A stretch of DNA of 64,000 nucleotides from a virus (taxonomy: Duplodnaviria; Caudoviricetes): positions 8,042-72,041 of IMG/VR virus record IMGVR_UViG_3300034082_002867; one strand, given 5' to 3'. This document shows, in pieces, positions 35,840 to 45,093 of the stretch. The notes beneath the pieces are model-generated. The model saw nothing but the letters and a program-made list of their open reading frames with translations, was not told the origin of the DNA and did not search any database. Within the stretch, counting starts at the first letter, position 1. Every line of letters begins with the position of its first letter. A program made the position numbers and the translations under genes.

Positions 35840-36584
35840 TCTCTTCCTTCCAAGCTTCGAAGCTAAATTTATCGCTGCAAAAATGCGGCAGTTCTGGTTT
35901 ATCTAAAGATCTATCTCGACCAAAAGTTCTATTACAAATTATCTTATAAGCCATAAAGGCTTTAACGTCTGACTTTTTGTTGTAATAAATGCTACGAACT
36001 TTAGTCATTGGGATATCATTGTTAATAGAAAATTCTTTTACCTTCTCTTTTAAAATGAAATCTAACGCCAAATCATTCTCTTCGAAGAATAAGGTTGGTT
36101 TTGTAAAAGAAATATCAGGCACGGCATTTCCAAAAGATAGGTTATTTATATAAATAAACGAATCGTAAAATGGAATAGCGAGCTTGAGAGAATCTTCGCT
36201 CCATAAGTCTTTAAGATCATTATAATCTAAGAATCCAGTATTAGTGCAAAATGCTTTAGAATATATTTTGTTAAGCAGCTTGCATCCGAGATCATCTTTT
36301 GCAAAGATGATTATCTTATGTTGGCTTCCTTCGTCTTCTGGCAAAGCCGAATTTCTCATTGATAATCTAAGACCAAATATTAATTGAATGCCCATCTCTT
36401 TGCTGCGCTTGTACGCCTCAAAGAAACCAATTAAAGTATCTTCGACTAAAATGACTTGTTTAAGACCGTTATCTTTTGCGATCTTAAAAACGCTATCTGA
36501 TCCACCTTCAGTTACTTTTTTTGGATCATCTAAAGTTAGTATAGATTTTCCTATACTAAAGTGTGATTTAAACAATGGCAGCAT
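35826..36584 (-). CDS. stand-alone PHP domain of DNA polymerase III alpha
   Basis: FKSHFSIGKS, VILVED, GFFEAYK, GIQLIFG, IIFAKDDLGCKLL. Confidence 0.8.
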   Translation of the reverse strand: MLPLFKSHFSIGKSILTLDDPKKVTEGGSDSVFKIAKDNGLKQVILVEDTLIGFFEAYKRSKEMGIQLIFGLRLSMRNSALPEDEGSQHKIIIFAKDDLGCKLLNKIYSKAFCTNTGFLDYNDLKDLWSEDSLKLAIPFYDSFIYINNLSFGNAVPDISFTKPTLFFEENDLALDFILKEKVKEFSINNDIPMTKVRSIYYNKKSDVKAFMAYKIICNRTFGRDRSLDKPELPHFCSDKFSFEAWKEENVTI

Positions 36585-36593
36585 GCTGCATAC

Positions 36594-36621
36594 ACTTTAG
36601 CAAAAGACTAAAACTTGTCAA
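36594..36621 (-). promoter_or_regulatory. sigma70-type promoter for the polymerase genes
   Basis: TTGACA-N16-TAAAGT with TGC extended -10. Confidence 0.6.
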
Positions 36622-37666
36622 GGTCGAAAGCGTCAAAATCATCAGGAGTTTCAGTGGGTTTAGGTTTAAAACAAGGACATCCATCGTATTTGTTTTTTAT
36701 TATCTTGTCTCCTTCTTGAAGTTTTATTTTCTCTAGTTCTTTTTTTGTGAATGCAGATTTTTTAATCTTATTATCTTTGTCTACAATCGCATAATAATCA
36801 AATCCAAATTTATATGTGCAATACCACATTGGGGTTCCATCTTTTTTAATCTGATTAGGCTCTTTAGCGAAACCACATAAAAGTTTTCCTGAAAAGCTGC
36901 CATCTTTTGGCATTCCTTGATTCGCGGCCATGTTAGATGTGGCGGTCTTTTCAACGAAAGAATCAGCGTATTTTTGATAACCACTTAACTCATGTTCAAA
37001 ACCCAAAAGTTCGTATTTGTCTTTGGGATGCATTGGCATGGCCCCACCATCATTTAAATCTTGTTTCAAAAACAAGAATTCCATTTTTACATCTTTTAAT
37101 TCAGGGTAAAGCTTTCTAATAGCAAGCGTGTACATGTAATCTTGTAGATTATCAGTAACTTCTTTACCTTCATATTTCTTTTTATTTGTTTTGAAGTCTC
37201 TTATTAGGACGACTCCATGATTTCCATAGATAAAGAGCTTATCTATAAATCCTTTTATTTTGTATTCAATGCCTTCTTCTTGGACAACTATTTCAAAATC
37301 TTTTTCTGACACGACTTCTGTAGGTTCGCCGTATTTCTTTCCGAAGAAATCGTAAGTCAAACCATTCAAAGCCATTGAACGAATATTTTCTAAATCAGTG
37401 GTCTCATTAAGATTTTTTCTCTTAATGTGTTTATACACCATTCTTTTTATAGCTTTAGATGCAAAAATGTCTTTATTCTTTACTATCTTATTGTAATGAC
37501 TCTTGTGCCTTGCAGAGCCAAGGCATTCAAGAATAATATGAACAGTATCTCCAATCAAAGCTCCAGAGTTAGTCTTGTCTGGAAGTTTTAAAATATATTT
37601 GCACCAATACTGCCATGAGCAGGATTTTAGCGTTTTAATTTTGCTGGCTGATAATGTTTCTTTCAA
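36608..37666 (-). CDS. PD-(D/E)XK exonuclease (RecB/Cas4-like)
   Basis: LSASKI..C.W.Y, GDTVH, KGFIDKL, IRDFKT, Q..MY, terminal Cys residues. Confidence 0.85.
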   Translation of the reverse strand: MKETLSASKIKTLKSCSWQYWCKYILKLPDKTNSGALIGDTVHIILECLGSARHKSHYNKIVKNKDIFASKAIKRMVYKHIKRKNLNETTDLENIRSMALNGLTYDFFGKKYGEPTEVVSEKDFEIVVQEEGIEYKIKGFIDKLFIYGNHGVVLIRDFKTNKKKYEGKEVTDNLQDYMYTLAIRKLYPELKDVKMEFLFLKQDLNDGGAMPMHPKDKYELLGFEHELSGYQKYADSFVEKTATSNMAANQGMPKDGSFSGKLLCGFAKEPNQIKKDGTPMWYCTYKFGFDYYAIVDKDNKIKKSAFTKKELEKIKLQEGDKIIKNKYDGCPCFKPKPTETPDDFDAFDLDKF

Positions 37667-38742
37667 AGGTTTAAGCTTTCTAGGTAATCTTTAAGAATAG
37701 AAATAACCTTCTTATCCTTGTCGTTATTATACACATAGTCAAGAATGTATTCCACTTGAGTTATCCTATTCCTTTTCTTATTTTCCCATCTTTCCATTGA
37801 AATATCTTTTTCCAACATCTCACCAAAATCTTTACAGATAGGAAGCATAATTTTAACCTTATCAATATCAATGTATTTAATAAGTTTTAAGAATATTTTA
37901 ATAGCAGCTTGTAAGCCGCGATTGTCAGTTTTATCGGCATCGTTGTTTGTGGAGATTATTATTTCGTCCACAGACAAAGACATTAGATATGACAATTGTT
38001 TAGAACTGATTTCAAGACCAAAAATAACAAGATGATTATAATAACCTTGTTGCGACAAAGCTAGACTGTCGCCGATTCCTTCAACAAGAATTATTTTTCG
38101 TTTTTCTTCAATAGTTTTCTTGAATACATTATCTTCTTCTCCTTGAATATTTATAGGATATATCCAATTACCTTTTCTACCAATATGTTTCCACTTAGGA
38201 GCGGAACTGTTTGGTTTCCATAGCAAATGTCTTCCGCTGATACCTATTACTTTTTTATTTTCATCGAATATCGGAAACACAAATCGGCCATTCATCTTTC
38301 CAGACATTGAAAAACCAGATCGATAAAGCTCAAGAGTTTGTGAACTTATGGCTTTTTTATTGTAAAAATCATAATGAGGAAGCAGTGTCTTTACTTCTTC
38401 ATGGTCAAAAAATTGGTCTGATTCCATTTTGGGCGTTCTAATTGATTCTATACAAGGATCGTTATTGTTCTTAATTGAATGTAAAATATCGTCTATCTTA
38501 GAATCATCTTTACAAGATAGTTCAAGTAATCTTTTAAAAGGTTGATACGTTGTGTTGGCTACGAAATCTTTCCAAATTCCAGTGTCTTTCCAGATTTGTA
38601 AAGCAGTTCTGTTGTCGCCATCACGATAAATAGCATTACATTGCCAATACTTGCCACGATCTGATAATTGATATCCTAAATCAATCAAAGTTTTTTCTAT
38701 AACTTCCGCTCGATTATTAATGGAGGTTAGGTACGTCGTCAT
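37663..38742 (-). CDS. dnaG: DnaG-type primase
   Basis: GRFVFPIFD, GISGR, TOPRIM LVEGIGD, C..KDFGE. Confidence 0.85.
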   Translation of the reverse strand: MTTYLTSINNRAEVIEKTLIDLGYQLSDRGKYWQCNAIYRDGDNRTALQIWKDTGIWKDFVANTTYQPFKRLLELSCKDDSKIDDILHSIKNNNDPCIESIRTPKMESDQFFDHEEVKTLLPHYDFYNKKAISSQTLELYRSGFSMSGKMNGRFVFPIFDENKKVIGISGRHLLWKPNSSAPKWKHIGRKGNWIYPINIQGEEDNVFKKTIEEKRKIILVEGIGDSLALSQQGYYNHLVIFGLEISSKQLSYLMSLSVDEIIISTNNDADKTDNRGLQAAIKIFLKLIKYIDIDKVKIMLPICKDFGEMLEKDISMERWENKKRNRITQVEYILDYVYNNDKDKKVISILKDYLESLNL

Positions 38743-40231
38743 CGTTATCTTTAATCACATTTGCATTAGCACCGAGAGCGTCCACTATATCTCTGTAATC
38801 ACCTTTTTCTGAAACACAGAAATTAGCGATTTCAAGATTAACAAAATTCTTTTTAAGAGTACCGTCTGCGAGCTTTACTGGATTAATAGCTCCTGCAATA
38901 TCTTTACCAAGATGGCGAGCTTTTACGTTGATAAACTTATGAGTTCCGAAGCTGACTTCGTTCTGTAGTTCATCAGACGTTTTCTGTCTTAGGATGAACA
39001 TGTGAGATGAAAATTGAGTAATACGATCAGAGAGAGAAACAATGCTTTCGTCGTCAGTTATACTTGATGAATTTTTGTTCGTGACAATACCTGCGCGATT
39101 AGACTGTACAGAAGTCATCATTGATATGCATGGCCCTTTATCGCTTACTATATCTTTCTGAATGCAGCGTTTATATTTATCGACCATTTCTCCAACAAGT
39201 TGCCATTCTGTTTTATTACCTCCGCTTTCACTTGTAGTTTTAATATAATCAAAACTAAAAATCATAGGATTTCCGCGACCTATCTTGGAATAGTAGAATC
39301 TTTTTAGAACACTAATCTGAGCATCAACGCTCATGCCGCCTACGTTATAATAATATAAATGCTTGTACCGTTTGTTGATGGTACTCCATACTGCCCTAAC
39401 ATTATCTACAACTTCTGCGCCAGCCTTTCGCCAGTTGCCGCTTTCTAGTAGATACATTGGAACTTTAGACATTGCAGCGCATTGTCTAAAAATAAGTTCT
39501 TCTTTGCTCATTTCTCCATTATCAAAATGAAGAACTGGAACTTCGTATTGTTCAGATACTTTTGTAGTGAAATCTAAACAGAATTGAGTTTTACCTACGC
39601 CTGAACGAGCTACAATAACTGTGATGTTACCCGGTCTCAAAAGAGAGCCGTACATATCTTGAATTTTAGGATGAGGTCCAGCAAATCCAAATTCTGTAAC
39701 CGGATTGTTTCCTCGCTCTTCAATGAGAGCTTCCATTTCAGAAAAGATGTTTTCTGGTTGATCGCTGCCAGTTTCGTACAAATTGATCTGATCATTATAA
39801 AGCTTATCAGCAGTCTCAATAATGACGTTGTAATCAGAAGATGGAGATATTGACTTCATCTTCTTGTTTATTTCTGCTCCACACATCGCTATTTCGCGGC
39901 GTATAGTGTATTTCTTTAATTCTTTAGCAACGCTAATAATTGATTCTGGAGATAGCTTTTTAAGAGATAGTGATTCAATATAATCTGATGGATTAATATT
40001 ATCTTCGAAAGTTACTCCAAAGTTCTTTACTCTTTGAGAAATAACTACATCATCAATTTTTTCTCCGTTATCGATTGCTTGACGAAGCACGCAAAAGATA
40101 GTTCTATTAATTTTGGAACTTTCGCTCCAAAAGTCTTTTTCAGTTATAAAAACAGCGACATCTGAATATCGTTCTGGATATTTAATCAATCCAGCAAGCA
40201 ACTGAGTCTCTAAATCATACGAATAAATCAT
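38717..40231 (-). CDS. dnaB: DnaB-like replicative helicase
   Basis: ARSGVGKT, FDNGEMS, FDYI, SVQSNR, KARH. Confidence 0.92.
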   Translation of the reverse strand: MIYSYDLETQLLAGLIKYPERYSDVAVFITEKDFWSESSKINRTIFCVLRQAIDNGEKIDDVVISQRVKNFGVTFEDNINPSDYIESLSLKKLSPESIISVAKELKKYTIRREIAMCGAEINKKMKSISPSSDYNVIIETADKLYNDQINLYETGSDQPENIFSEMEALIEERGNNPVTEFGFAGPHPKIQDMYGSLLRPGNITVIVARSGVGKTQFCLDFTTKVSEQYEVPVLHFDNGEMSKEELIFRQCAAMSKVPMYLLESGNWRKAGAEVVDNVRAVWSTINKRYKHLYYYNVGGMSVDAQISVLKRFYYSKIGRGNPMIFSFDYIKTTSESGGNKTEWQLVGEMVDKYKRCIQKDIVSDKGPCISMMTSVQSNRAGIVTNKNSSSITDDESIVSLSDRITQFSSHMFILRQKTSDELQNEVSFGTHKFINVKARHLGKDIAGAINPVKLADGTLKKNFVNLEIANFCVSEKGDYRDIVDALGANANVIKDNDDDVPNLH

Positions 40232-40246
40232 GCCAACCGCACATTA

Positions 40247-40507
40247 TCACTCTTCATCGGTGATGTCAATCGAATCTTGACTATTGTTCACTTCGTTTAA
40301 ATATTTTTCGAGAGCTTTGACGAGTCCCATTTCAACGATTGGGTTGGAGACTTTGGTATAAATCATTGGGCATCCATCTTGAGAGACGTAAGCCACTATA
40401 AATCCTTTGGAGGACTCATCGGAACCAGTAAACTCATAGAGTTTATTAAAATAGTTTTCAGGAATTTTAAACTGTTTAAAATTCTCTGATTGTGAATCTC
40501 TCTTCAT
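40247..40507 (-). CDS. hypothetical protein
   Basis: ORF track. Confidence 0.55.
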   Translation of the reverse strand: MKRDSQSENFKQFKIPENYFNKLYEFTGSDESSKGFIVAYVSQDGCPMIYTKVSNPIVEMGLVKALEKYLNEVNNSQDSIDITDEE

Positions 40508-40508
40508 A

Positions 40509-40922
40509 TTATAATATTACACCTTGACTCTCGAAAAGCTCTTTATTTATAGTATCGTTTTCAAATATAGTTACAAGTGTAATTTTATTAAGTTCGCAAA
40601 AACGTTCTTTTTTCTTATCTCTATTGAGTTGATGAAGAAAATTCATTCTATTTGTATGGAAGAACTTAACAAATCCAGTGTGTTGTCTGCCTTGAACTTC
40701 TATAGCTATCTTTTTATTAGCGTTATAAAAGTCCAAGGTAAGACGAGTTCCAACTATTGGAAACTCTTCAAACACAATATTCTGTTGCCAATAGTTGCTT
40801 AAAAATTTCTTAGCTTCTGTTTGAAATTTACTACGACTATTCGCGCTCCAATCAATTAAATAATTGCGAGCATTCTTGCAACGTCTTTTTTTATTACTCA
40901 GTGATAGAAATTCCATCGCCAA
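40509..40922 (-). CDS. DUF559/Vsr-like endonuclease
   Basis: LDFY, IAIEVQGRQH, RDKKKERFC. Confidence 0.75.
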   Translation of the reverse strand: MAMEFLSLSNKKRRCKNARNYLIDWSANSRSKFQTEAKKFLSNYWQQNIVFEEFPIVGTRLTLDFYNANKKIAIEVQGRQHTGFVKFFHTNRMNFLHQLNRDKKKERFCELNKITLVTIFENDTINKELFESQGVIL

Positions 40923-42072
40923 AATTTAATAAGTTTTCACTGATGTATTTAAAGAAAAACGATTTCAACTTTTCGTTGTTGTTGACCATCTGTTCAAATT
41001 TAGCAGACCCTTGAATCTGAGCAGGAAAGTCTGTGAACCCAGCTTCTTTTAGAATATTCAGAAACTCTTCGTCGAAACTAATCCAAGCTCCCTTTTTAAT
41101 GGCGATCTCCCACATAGTTAGAAAGTCAAAGATTTCCTTTTCGATCCAATTTGACGTTCCATTCTTTCTTCCATACTTAATAGGATAACGAATAGTACAG
41201 TTAGTTCTTTCGTTTGGCGACTTTTTAACTATAATTTTTACAAAATGACCTAGATAAGGATTCTTTTGTTCGTCGTAAGAAGCGGTAGGATCTTCAAGAA
41301 TCAAATCACTCTTGAAGCGAGAATCAAATTCAAAAATCCAATTAGCAAAATGTAGTAAAGCGTTTCCGCCTGTAGCTGTAGTTTGGCGAATTGGAGCCTT
41401 GCTATAAGGATCGAGCTTGATATCAGCGCGAACTTGAGAAACGAATACCGCAACATGACCGCGTTTTTGCAACGCAATGGACATGCGCTTCATTAGATCG
41501 GCGGCAATAACTGCGCCACCGGCAACTTTTTGAGATTCTTCAAAAGTCTTTTCTAAATCACCTTTACGAATCAAGCCATCGACAGAATCGAGTAAAAAGA
41601 AATATTGAATCTTTTCATCGTTTTTTCCGACTAGTTCTCGCATTGAATCAAATACTGTTTCATGAATATTAGATTCAAATACAAAACATGTGCCTTCCAC
41701 CCATTCGTCACCATTAAATACAAATTTAACTCCAGAACGGTCAATCATCTCCTTGCTCAATCGCCCTTCGGCTTTGATATAAAAGCCTTTACGCTTCTTA
41801 GGTTGATCTAAGAAGTTCTTCATGAACTGAAGCGCACAGCTAGTTTTGCCGCCTTCATTGATGCCGCAGAAACGATGCAGCCCAGTACCAATGCCGCCAT
41901 TTAAAAAGTAATCAAGAAGAAGGCTTCCGCTAGAAATTTTATACTCTATACTTTCTTCAAAATTATAATGCGAATCTTTATTGTTCTTCAAGAAACTTTT
42001 TAGTTGATCTTGAGAAGTGATTATTTTACCGCTTTCTGTTTCTACTTTTACTTCTTTTATTTTCTTAGTCAT
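40894..42072 (-). CDS. recA: RecA/UvsX-like recombinase
   Basis: SSGSLLLD, GINEGGKT, LLDSVD, SQVR, TGGNAL. Confidence 0.88.
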   Translation of the reverse strand: MTKKIKEVKVETESGKIITSQDQLKSFLKNNKDSHYNFEESIEYKISSGSLLLDYFLNGGIGTGLHRFCGINEGGKTSCALQFMKNFLDQPKKRKGFYIKAEGRLSKEMIDRSGVKFVFNGDEWVEGTCFVFESNIHETVFDSMRELVGKNDEKIQYFFLLDSVDGLIRKGDLEKTFEESQKVAGGAVIAADLMKRMSIALQKRGHVAVFVSQVRADIKLDPYSKAPIRQTTATGGNALLHFANWIFEFDSRFKSDLILEDPTASYDEQKNPYLGHFVKIIVKKSPNERTNCTIRYPIKYGRKNGTSNWIEKEIFDFLTMWEIAIKKGAWISFDEEFLNILKEAGFTDFPAQIQGSAKFEQMVNNNEKLKSFFFKYISENLLNFGDGISITE

Positions 42073-42389
42073 TTTAAAAAGTCTTTAACTGTCTTAGGTT
42101 TTATACTAATATTATAGTCTTGTCCAGTCTTTTCGCCAATCTGTACTTCTGTATTTTTAAATTCAGGTTGAAAAACGTATTTCTTGTATTTTTCCGATAT
42201 TCCGTTCGCGTCTTCTCCTGCATATAAAGTCAAACAATTGACTTTAACTACAACAATCTGTTCCCAGAATTTTAAATCAGGAAACTTCTTTAGTAGAGAA
42301 TTTAATATTCTAAACTGTTTTCCCCAAAATGAAGGCTGCACCTTTTGAGGAATATGCAAAAGCTTTCTTAGTAGCTCTCTTTTATTCAT
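42069..42389 (-). CDS. hypothetical protein
   Basis: ORF track. Confidence 0.55.
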   Translation of the reverse strand: MNKRELLRKLLHIPQKVQPSFWGKQFRILNSLLKKFPDLKFWEQIVVVKVNCLTLYAGEDANGISEKYKKYVFQPEFKNTEVQIGEKTGQDYNISIKPKTVKDFLK

Positions 42390-42396
42390 CTTGGAT

Positions 42397-42424
42397 AGAT
42401 TAGCACGAAGACAAAGGATGTCAA
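42397..42424 (-). promoter_or_regulatory. sigma70-type promoter for the recA-dnaB-dnaG operon
   Basis: TTGACA-N16-TAATCT with TGC extended -10. Confidence 0.6.
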
Positions 42425-42428
42425 CAGC

Positions 42429-42454
42429 AAAAAACCGCTAGTTTCCTAGCGGTT
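42429..42454 (-). terminator. intrinsic terminator
   Basis: aaccgctag/ctagcggtt stem followed by a U tract. Confidence 0.8.
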
Positions 42455-42473
42455 GATTTTGATTTATTTTTTA

Positions 42474-43004
42474 TTAAGCTTTTGGATCGAAGCCAGCACT
42501 CTGAAGACCGGGATTTTTAGGAGCAGATTTTTCCTGTTGTATTTTTAATTTTTCATCTATACTTAAACCTTCGATGGCTGCATCTGGGGTGATATTTCCT
42601 GATGGAGCGGCGGGGGTTTCTGGAAAAACAGCTATCTGAGCGGCTTCGGACTTTTCAGCTTCTGGTGATTCTCCAGCTTCTTTCTTGCCTTCTTCATTTA
42701 GCTTTCCTTTTTTTTGCATATTTTTAAGAATAGCTTTTTGAAGAGCAGGAGGAAGAGTTTTTTGTTTTTCAGTTAATTGCCCAGCCATTTCAGTAAGCAT
42801 TGGGCGGTTTTTCATGTATGACATGCCGCACATATACTTAGCGTCACTTGTGGACATTCCGGCAGTGTTGATCAAAGATTCATCTTTGAGCATACACTCG
42901 CTCATGTATTCGCTATGCATTTCAGTTTCGTCTTCCTCCATTATGTTGGAGATGGAGACTTCAGCTATGAGATTTTTTGTATCGAATTTTAAATTTGATT
43001 TCAT
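42474..43004 (-). CDS. acidic low-complexity phage protein
   Basis: QKTLPPALQKAIL motif; Glu/Met-rich. Confidence 0.55.
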   Translation of the reverse strand: MKSNLKFDTKNLIAEVSISNIMEEDETEMHSEYMSECMLKDESLINTAGMSTSDAKYMCGMSYMKNRPMLTEMAGQLTEKQKTLPPALQKAILKNMQKKGKLNEEGKKEAGESPEAEKSEAAQIAVFPETPAAPSGNITPDAAIEGLSIDEKLKIQQEKSAPKNPGLQSAGFDPKA

Positions 43005-43005
43005 A

Positions 43006-43866
43006 TTATTTATTACCTTCTAGGATTTTGATTTGATCTATTGTTTTTGTTAAAATATCGCCCTTCTTAAAAGTTTGCCCATCATTGATAACTTCATAAG
43101 CAATTATTTTTCCCATGTCATCAGGAAGATCTTTAATTTCTTTAACGATTCCTTCGCTATTATAATGTTTACATGAAGCGTTGATGTTTAGAATTCTCAT
43201 TCCAGCTTCAATTACGTTTTTATTGTCTTCTCCTTTTTGGGAATATACAAGATAATTGTAAATAGCAAATAAATAATCTTCCATTAAAGTAATCTTGCTC
43301 TGAACCCAAGACTCAATCTCTTCAGACATCTTCGGATTTGCACGAAGTTTCTCAAGCAAATCTTTAGAATAGTCTGAAATGTAAGCTAATTGTGCCATTG
43401 CCATCTCGGCAGCTTCTTCATTTACGTCTTCGGATTCAGTTTCTATTTCTTCAGTGATTTCTTCAGCTTTAGCTAGATGAGGAGCTAGCTTTAAAAGATC
43501 AGATTCTTCCCACAAGGTGATACCATCCCATTGATGAACGACATCATCGACTCCACCTTTAGAAGTATAATCAGTTACAGACTTCTTTGATTCCCACATT
43601 TTGCAGCTCCAGAAATTAGCTTTCCAACGAGGGCCGGGGTTTGTGTCGCATTTCATTCGGGCGCGAAAACTCTTTCTACGAGCGGGATCATCACGCTTGA
43701 TCTCCATATTTGGATCGCCAAAATTAACTTTTACAACATTACCTTTTTCATTTTTAACATAAACAGAAAACTTTTTAGGGCCTTTTGATGTTCTAAAAGG
43801 TTTATTAAGAGCTTTCTTGTCTTTTGCAGCACGAATTTCGTTAGTAAAATTTACTGATATGTTCAT
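43006..43866 (-). CDS. modular phage protein, possibly head-associated
   Basis: VKVNFGDPNM, RRKSFRARMKC, ANFWSC; second module EMAMAQL..WVQSKIT. Confidence 0.6.
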   Translation of the reverse strand: MNISVNFTNEIRAAKDKKALNKPFRTSKGPKKFSVYVKNEKGNVVKVNFGDPNMEIKRDDPARRKSFRARMKCDTNPGPRWKANFWSCKMWESKKSVTDYTSKGGVDDVVHQWDGITLWEESDLLKLAPHLAKAEEITEEIETESEDVNEEAAEMAMAQLAYISDYSKDLLEKLRANPKMSEEIESWVQSKITLMEDYLFAIYNYLVYSQKGEDNKNVIEAGMRILNINASCKHYNSEGIVKEIKDLPDDMGKIIAYEVINDGQTFKKGDILTKTIDQIKILEGNK

Positions 43867-43870
43867 TTTT

Positions 43871-44236
43871 TTACTTTAGGGTTAAAAGATACTTTGTTTG
43901 ATTTACAGAAGCTAGTATTTCATCTCTTATATTTAATAGATCTGTGTCTTTTTTTGGATCAAGCATTGTTGGTAATTCATTTATTAAATAGTTTTCCATA
44001 TCAAGCATTAAACCCATAGGAGGCATATTTTTATAATTTTCCAACGTTAAATTGAAATTAATCTGAGCTATTATTCTACCATACTTACCCATAAAAGTCT
44101 CAACAAATTCATCAATATTTCCAGAAAGGCTTCCATATAGCCCATCAAGAGTTTTATGTTCAGAAAAAGAAGTTGTTTGCCAATGAAGAATTTTTACTTG
44201 ATTTTGATAAGTAAGTAATTTGGTGACTATGTTCAT
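43871..44236 (-). CDS. ferritin/Dps-like four-helix protein (DUF5856-like)
   Basis: LHWQT, EHKTLD, IDEFVE, IRDEIL. Confidence 0.7.
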   Translation of the reverse strand: MNIVTKLLTYQNQVKILHWQTTSFSEHKTLDGLYGSLSGNIDEFVETFMGKYGRIIAQINFNLTLENYKNMPPMGLMLDMENYLINELPTMLDPKKDTDLLNIRDEILASVNQTKYLLTLK

Positions 44237-44238
44237 TT

Positions 44239-44376
44239 TTATTCTTCTATGTTAATAAAATTAAGATTCAATTCATCTTCATTTACACCAAATTGCTTAA
44301 GATCAGAAAGAGATTCATCAAAATCAGCCTCTTCAAAATCATTAAATGAATAAATGTCTACTATTTTATCGTTCAT
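44239..44376 (-). CDS. small acidic protein (45 aa)
   Basis: Hand-translated MNDKIVDIYSFNDFEEADFDESL... Confidence 0.5.
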   Translation of the reverse strand: MNDKIVDIYSFNDFEEADFDESLSDLKQFGVNEDELNLNFINIEE

Positions 44377-44380
44377 GTTA

Positions 44381-44848
44381 TTAGTTGGCTATATCTTGAT
44401 CTGCGCGACGATAAGCGTCTTTGACTTTACCACCACTTTGCATTCTTAAAAATGTATTCACACGCGCCATACTCCAAGCCGCTCTTGATTGTCCCGGTCT
44501 ATGACTAGAACTAAACGCGCCTGATCCTCTGCGATATACCTTCTTTAATTGTCCAAGAGTTACTTTCTTGGAATGTTTAGCGTTGTGATTTTTTACTTTT
44601 TCTTTTAAAGCGTTAGTTACCTTTTGGCTAAAAGTGATTTCAGCTTTACTTACTAATTGCTTTTCGTCTTTTTTATTTAACGCTTCTTTAGCTTTTTCTT
44701 TAGCGTCTGGACTTGTGCCAGCAGATCCCGGTTTATTTACGCTAGAACCTTTTTTGCGTTCATCTGGTTTCGCTGGAGTTTGGGCCGAGCTTTTTGGGCC
44801 TTGTCTTTTTTTTGCAATAAGCTCAGAAAAATCTAATATTAAATTCAT
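44381..44848 (-). CDS. basic conserved viral protein
   Basis: LKKVYRRGSGAF.SSHRPG..AWSMARVN. Confidence 0.65.
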   Translation of the reverse strand: MNLILDFSELIAKKRQGPKSSAQTPAKPDERKKGSSVNKPGSAGTSPDAKEKAKEALNKKDEKQLVSKAEITFSQKVTNALKEKVKNHNAKHSKKVTLGQLKKVYRRGSGAFSSSHRPGQSRAAWSMARVNTFLRMQSGGKVKDAYRRADQDIAN

Positions 44849-44880
44849 ATTTAAAATTACACTAATTTAACAATGTGTAG

Positions 44881-44920
44881 AAAAAAGTAAAGCCGCTTTT
44901 TTAGAGCGGCTTTTTTTGTT
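44881..44920. terminator. intrinsic terminator
   Basis: aaagccgct/agcggcttt stem flanked by A and T tracts. Confidence 0.75.
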
Positions 44921-44931
44921 TTAATTGACTA

Positions 44932-45045
44932 TTACTTCTTCTTTACTGGAGGCTTGGCTGGAACTGGAGGCTTTCCAGTGGGCTTTGCAACCTTAGCGGA
45001 AGCGGTGGGAGTCTTAGTCATTGTCTTTACTGTAGTCTTGCTCAT
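44932..45045 (-). CDS. Lys/Pro/Thr-rich peptide (37 aa)
   Basis: Hand-translated MSKTTVKTMTKTPTASAKVAKPTGKPPVPAKPPVKKK, followed by a terminator. Confidence 0.5.
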   Translation of the reverse strand: MSKTTVKTMTKTPTASAKVAKPTGKPPVPAKPPVKKK

Positions 45046-45093
45046 ATTTGTATATGTAGTTTATGTTATATTTGTGAAAATGTTTTTCAACTT

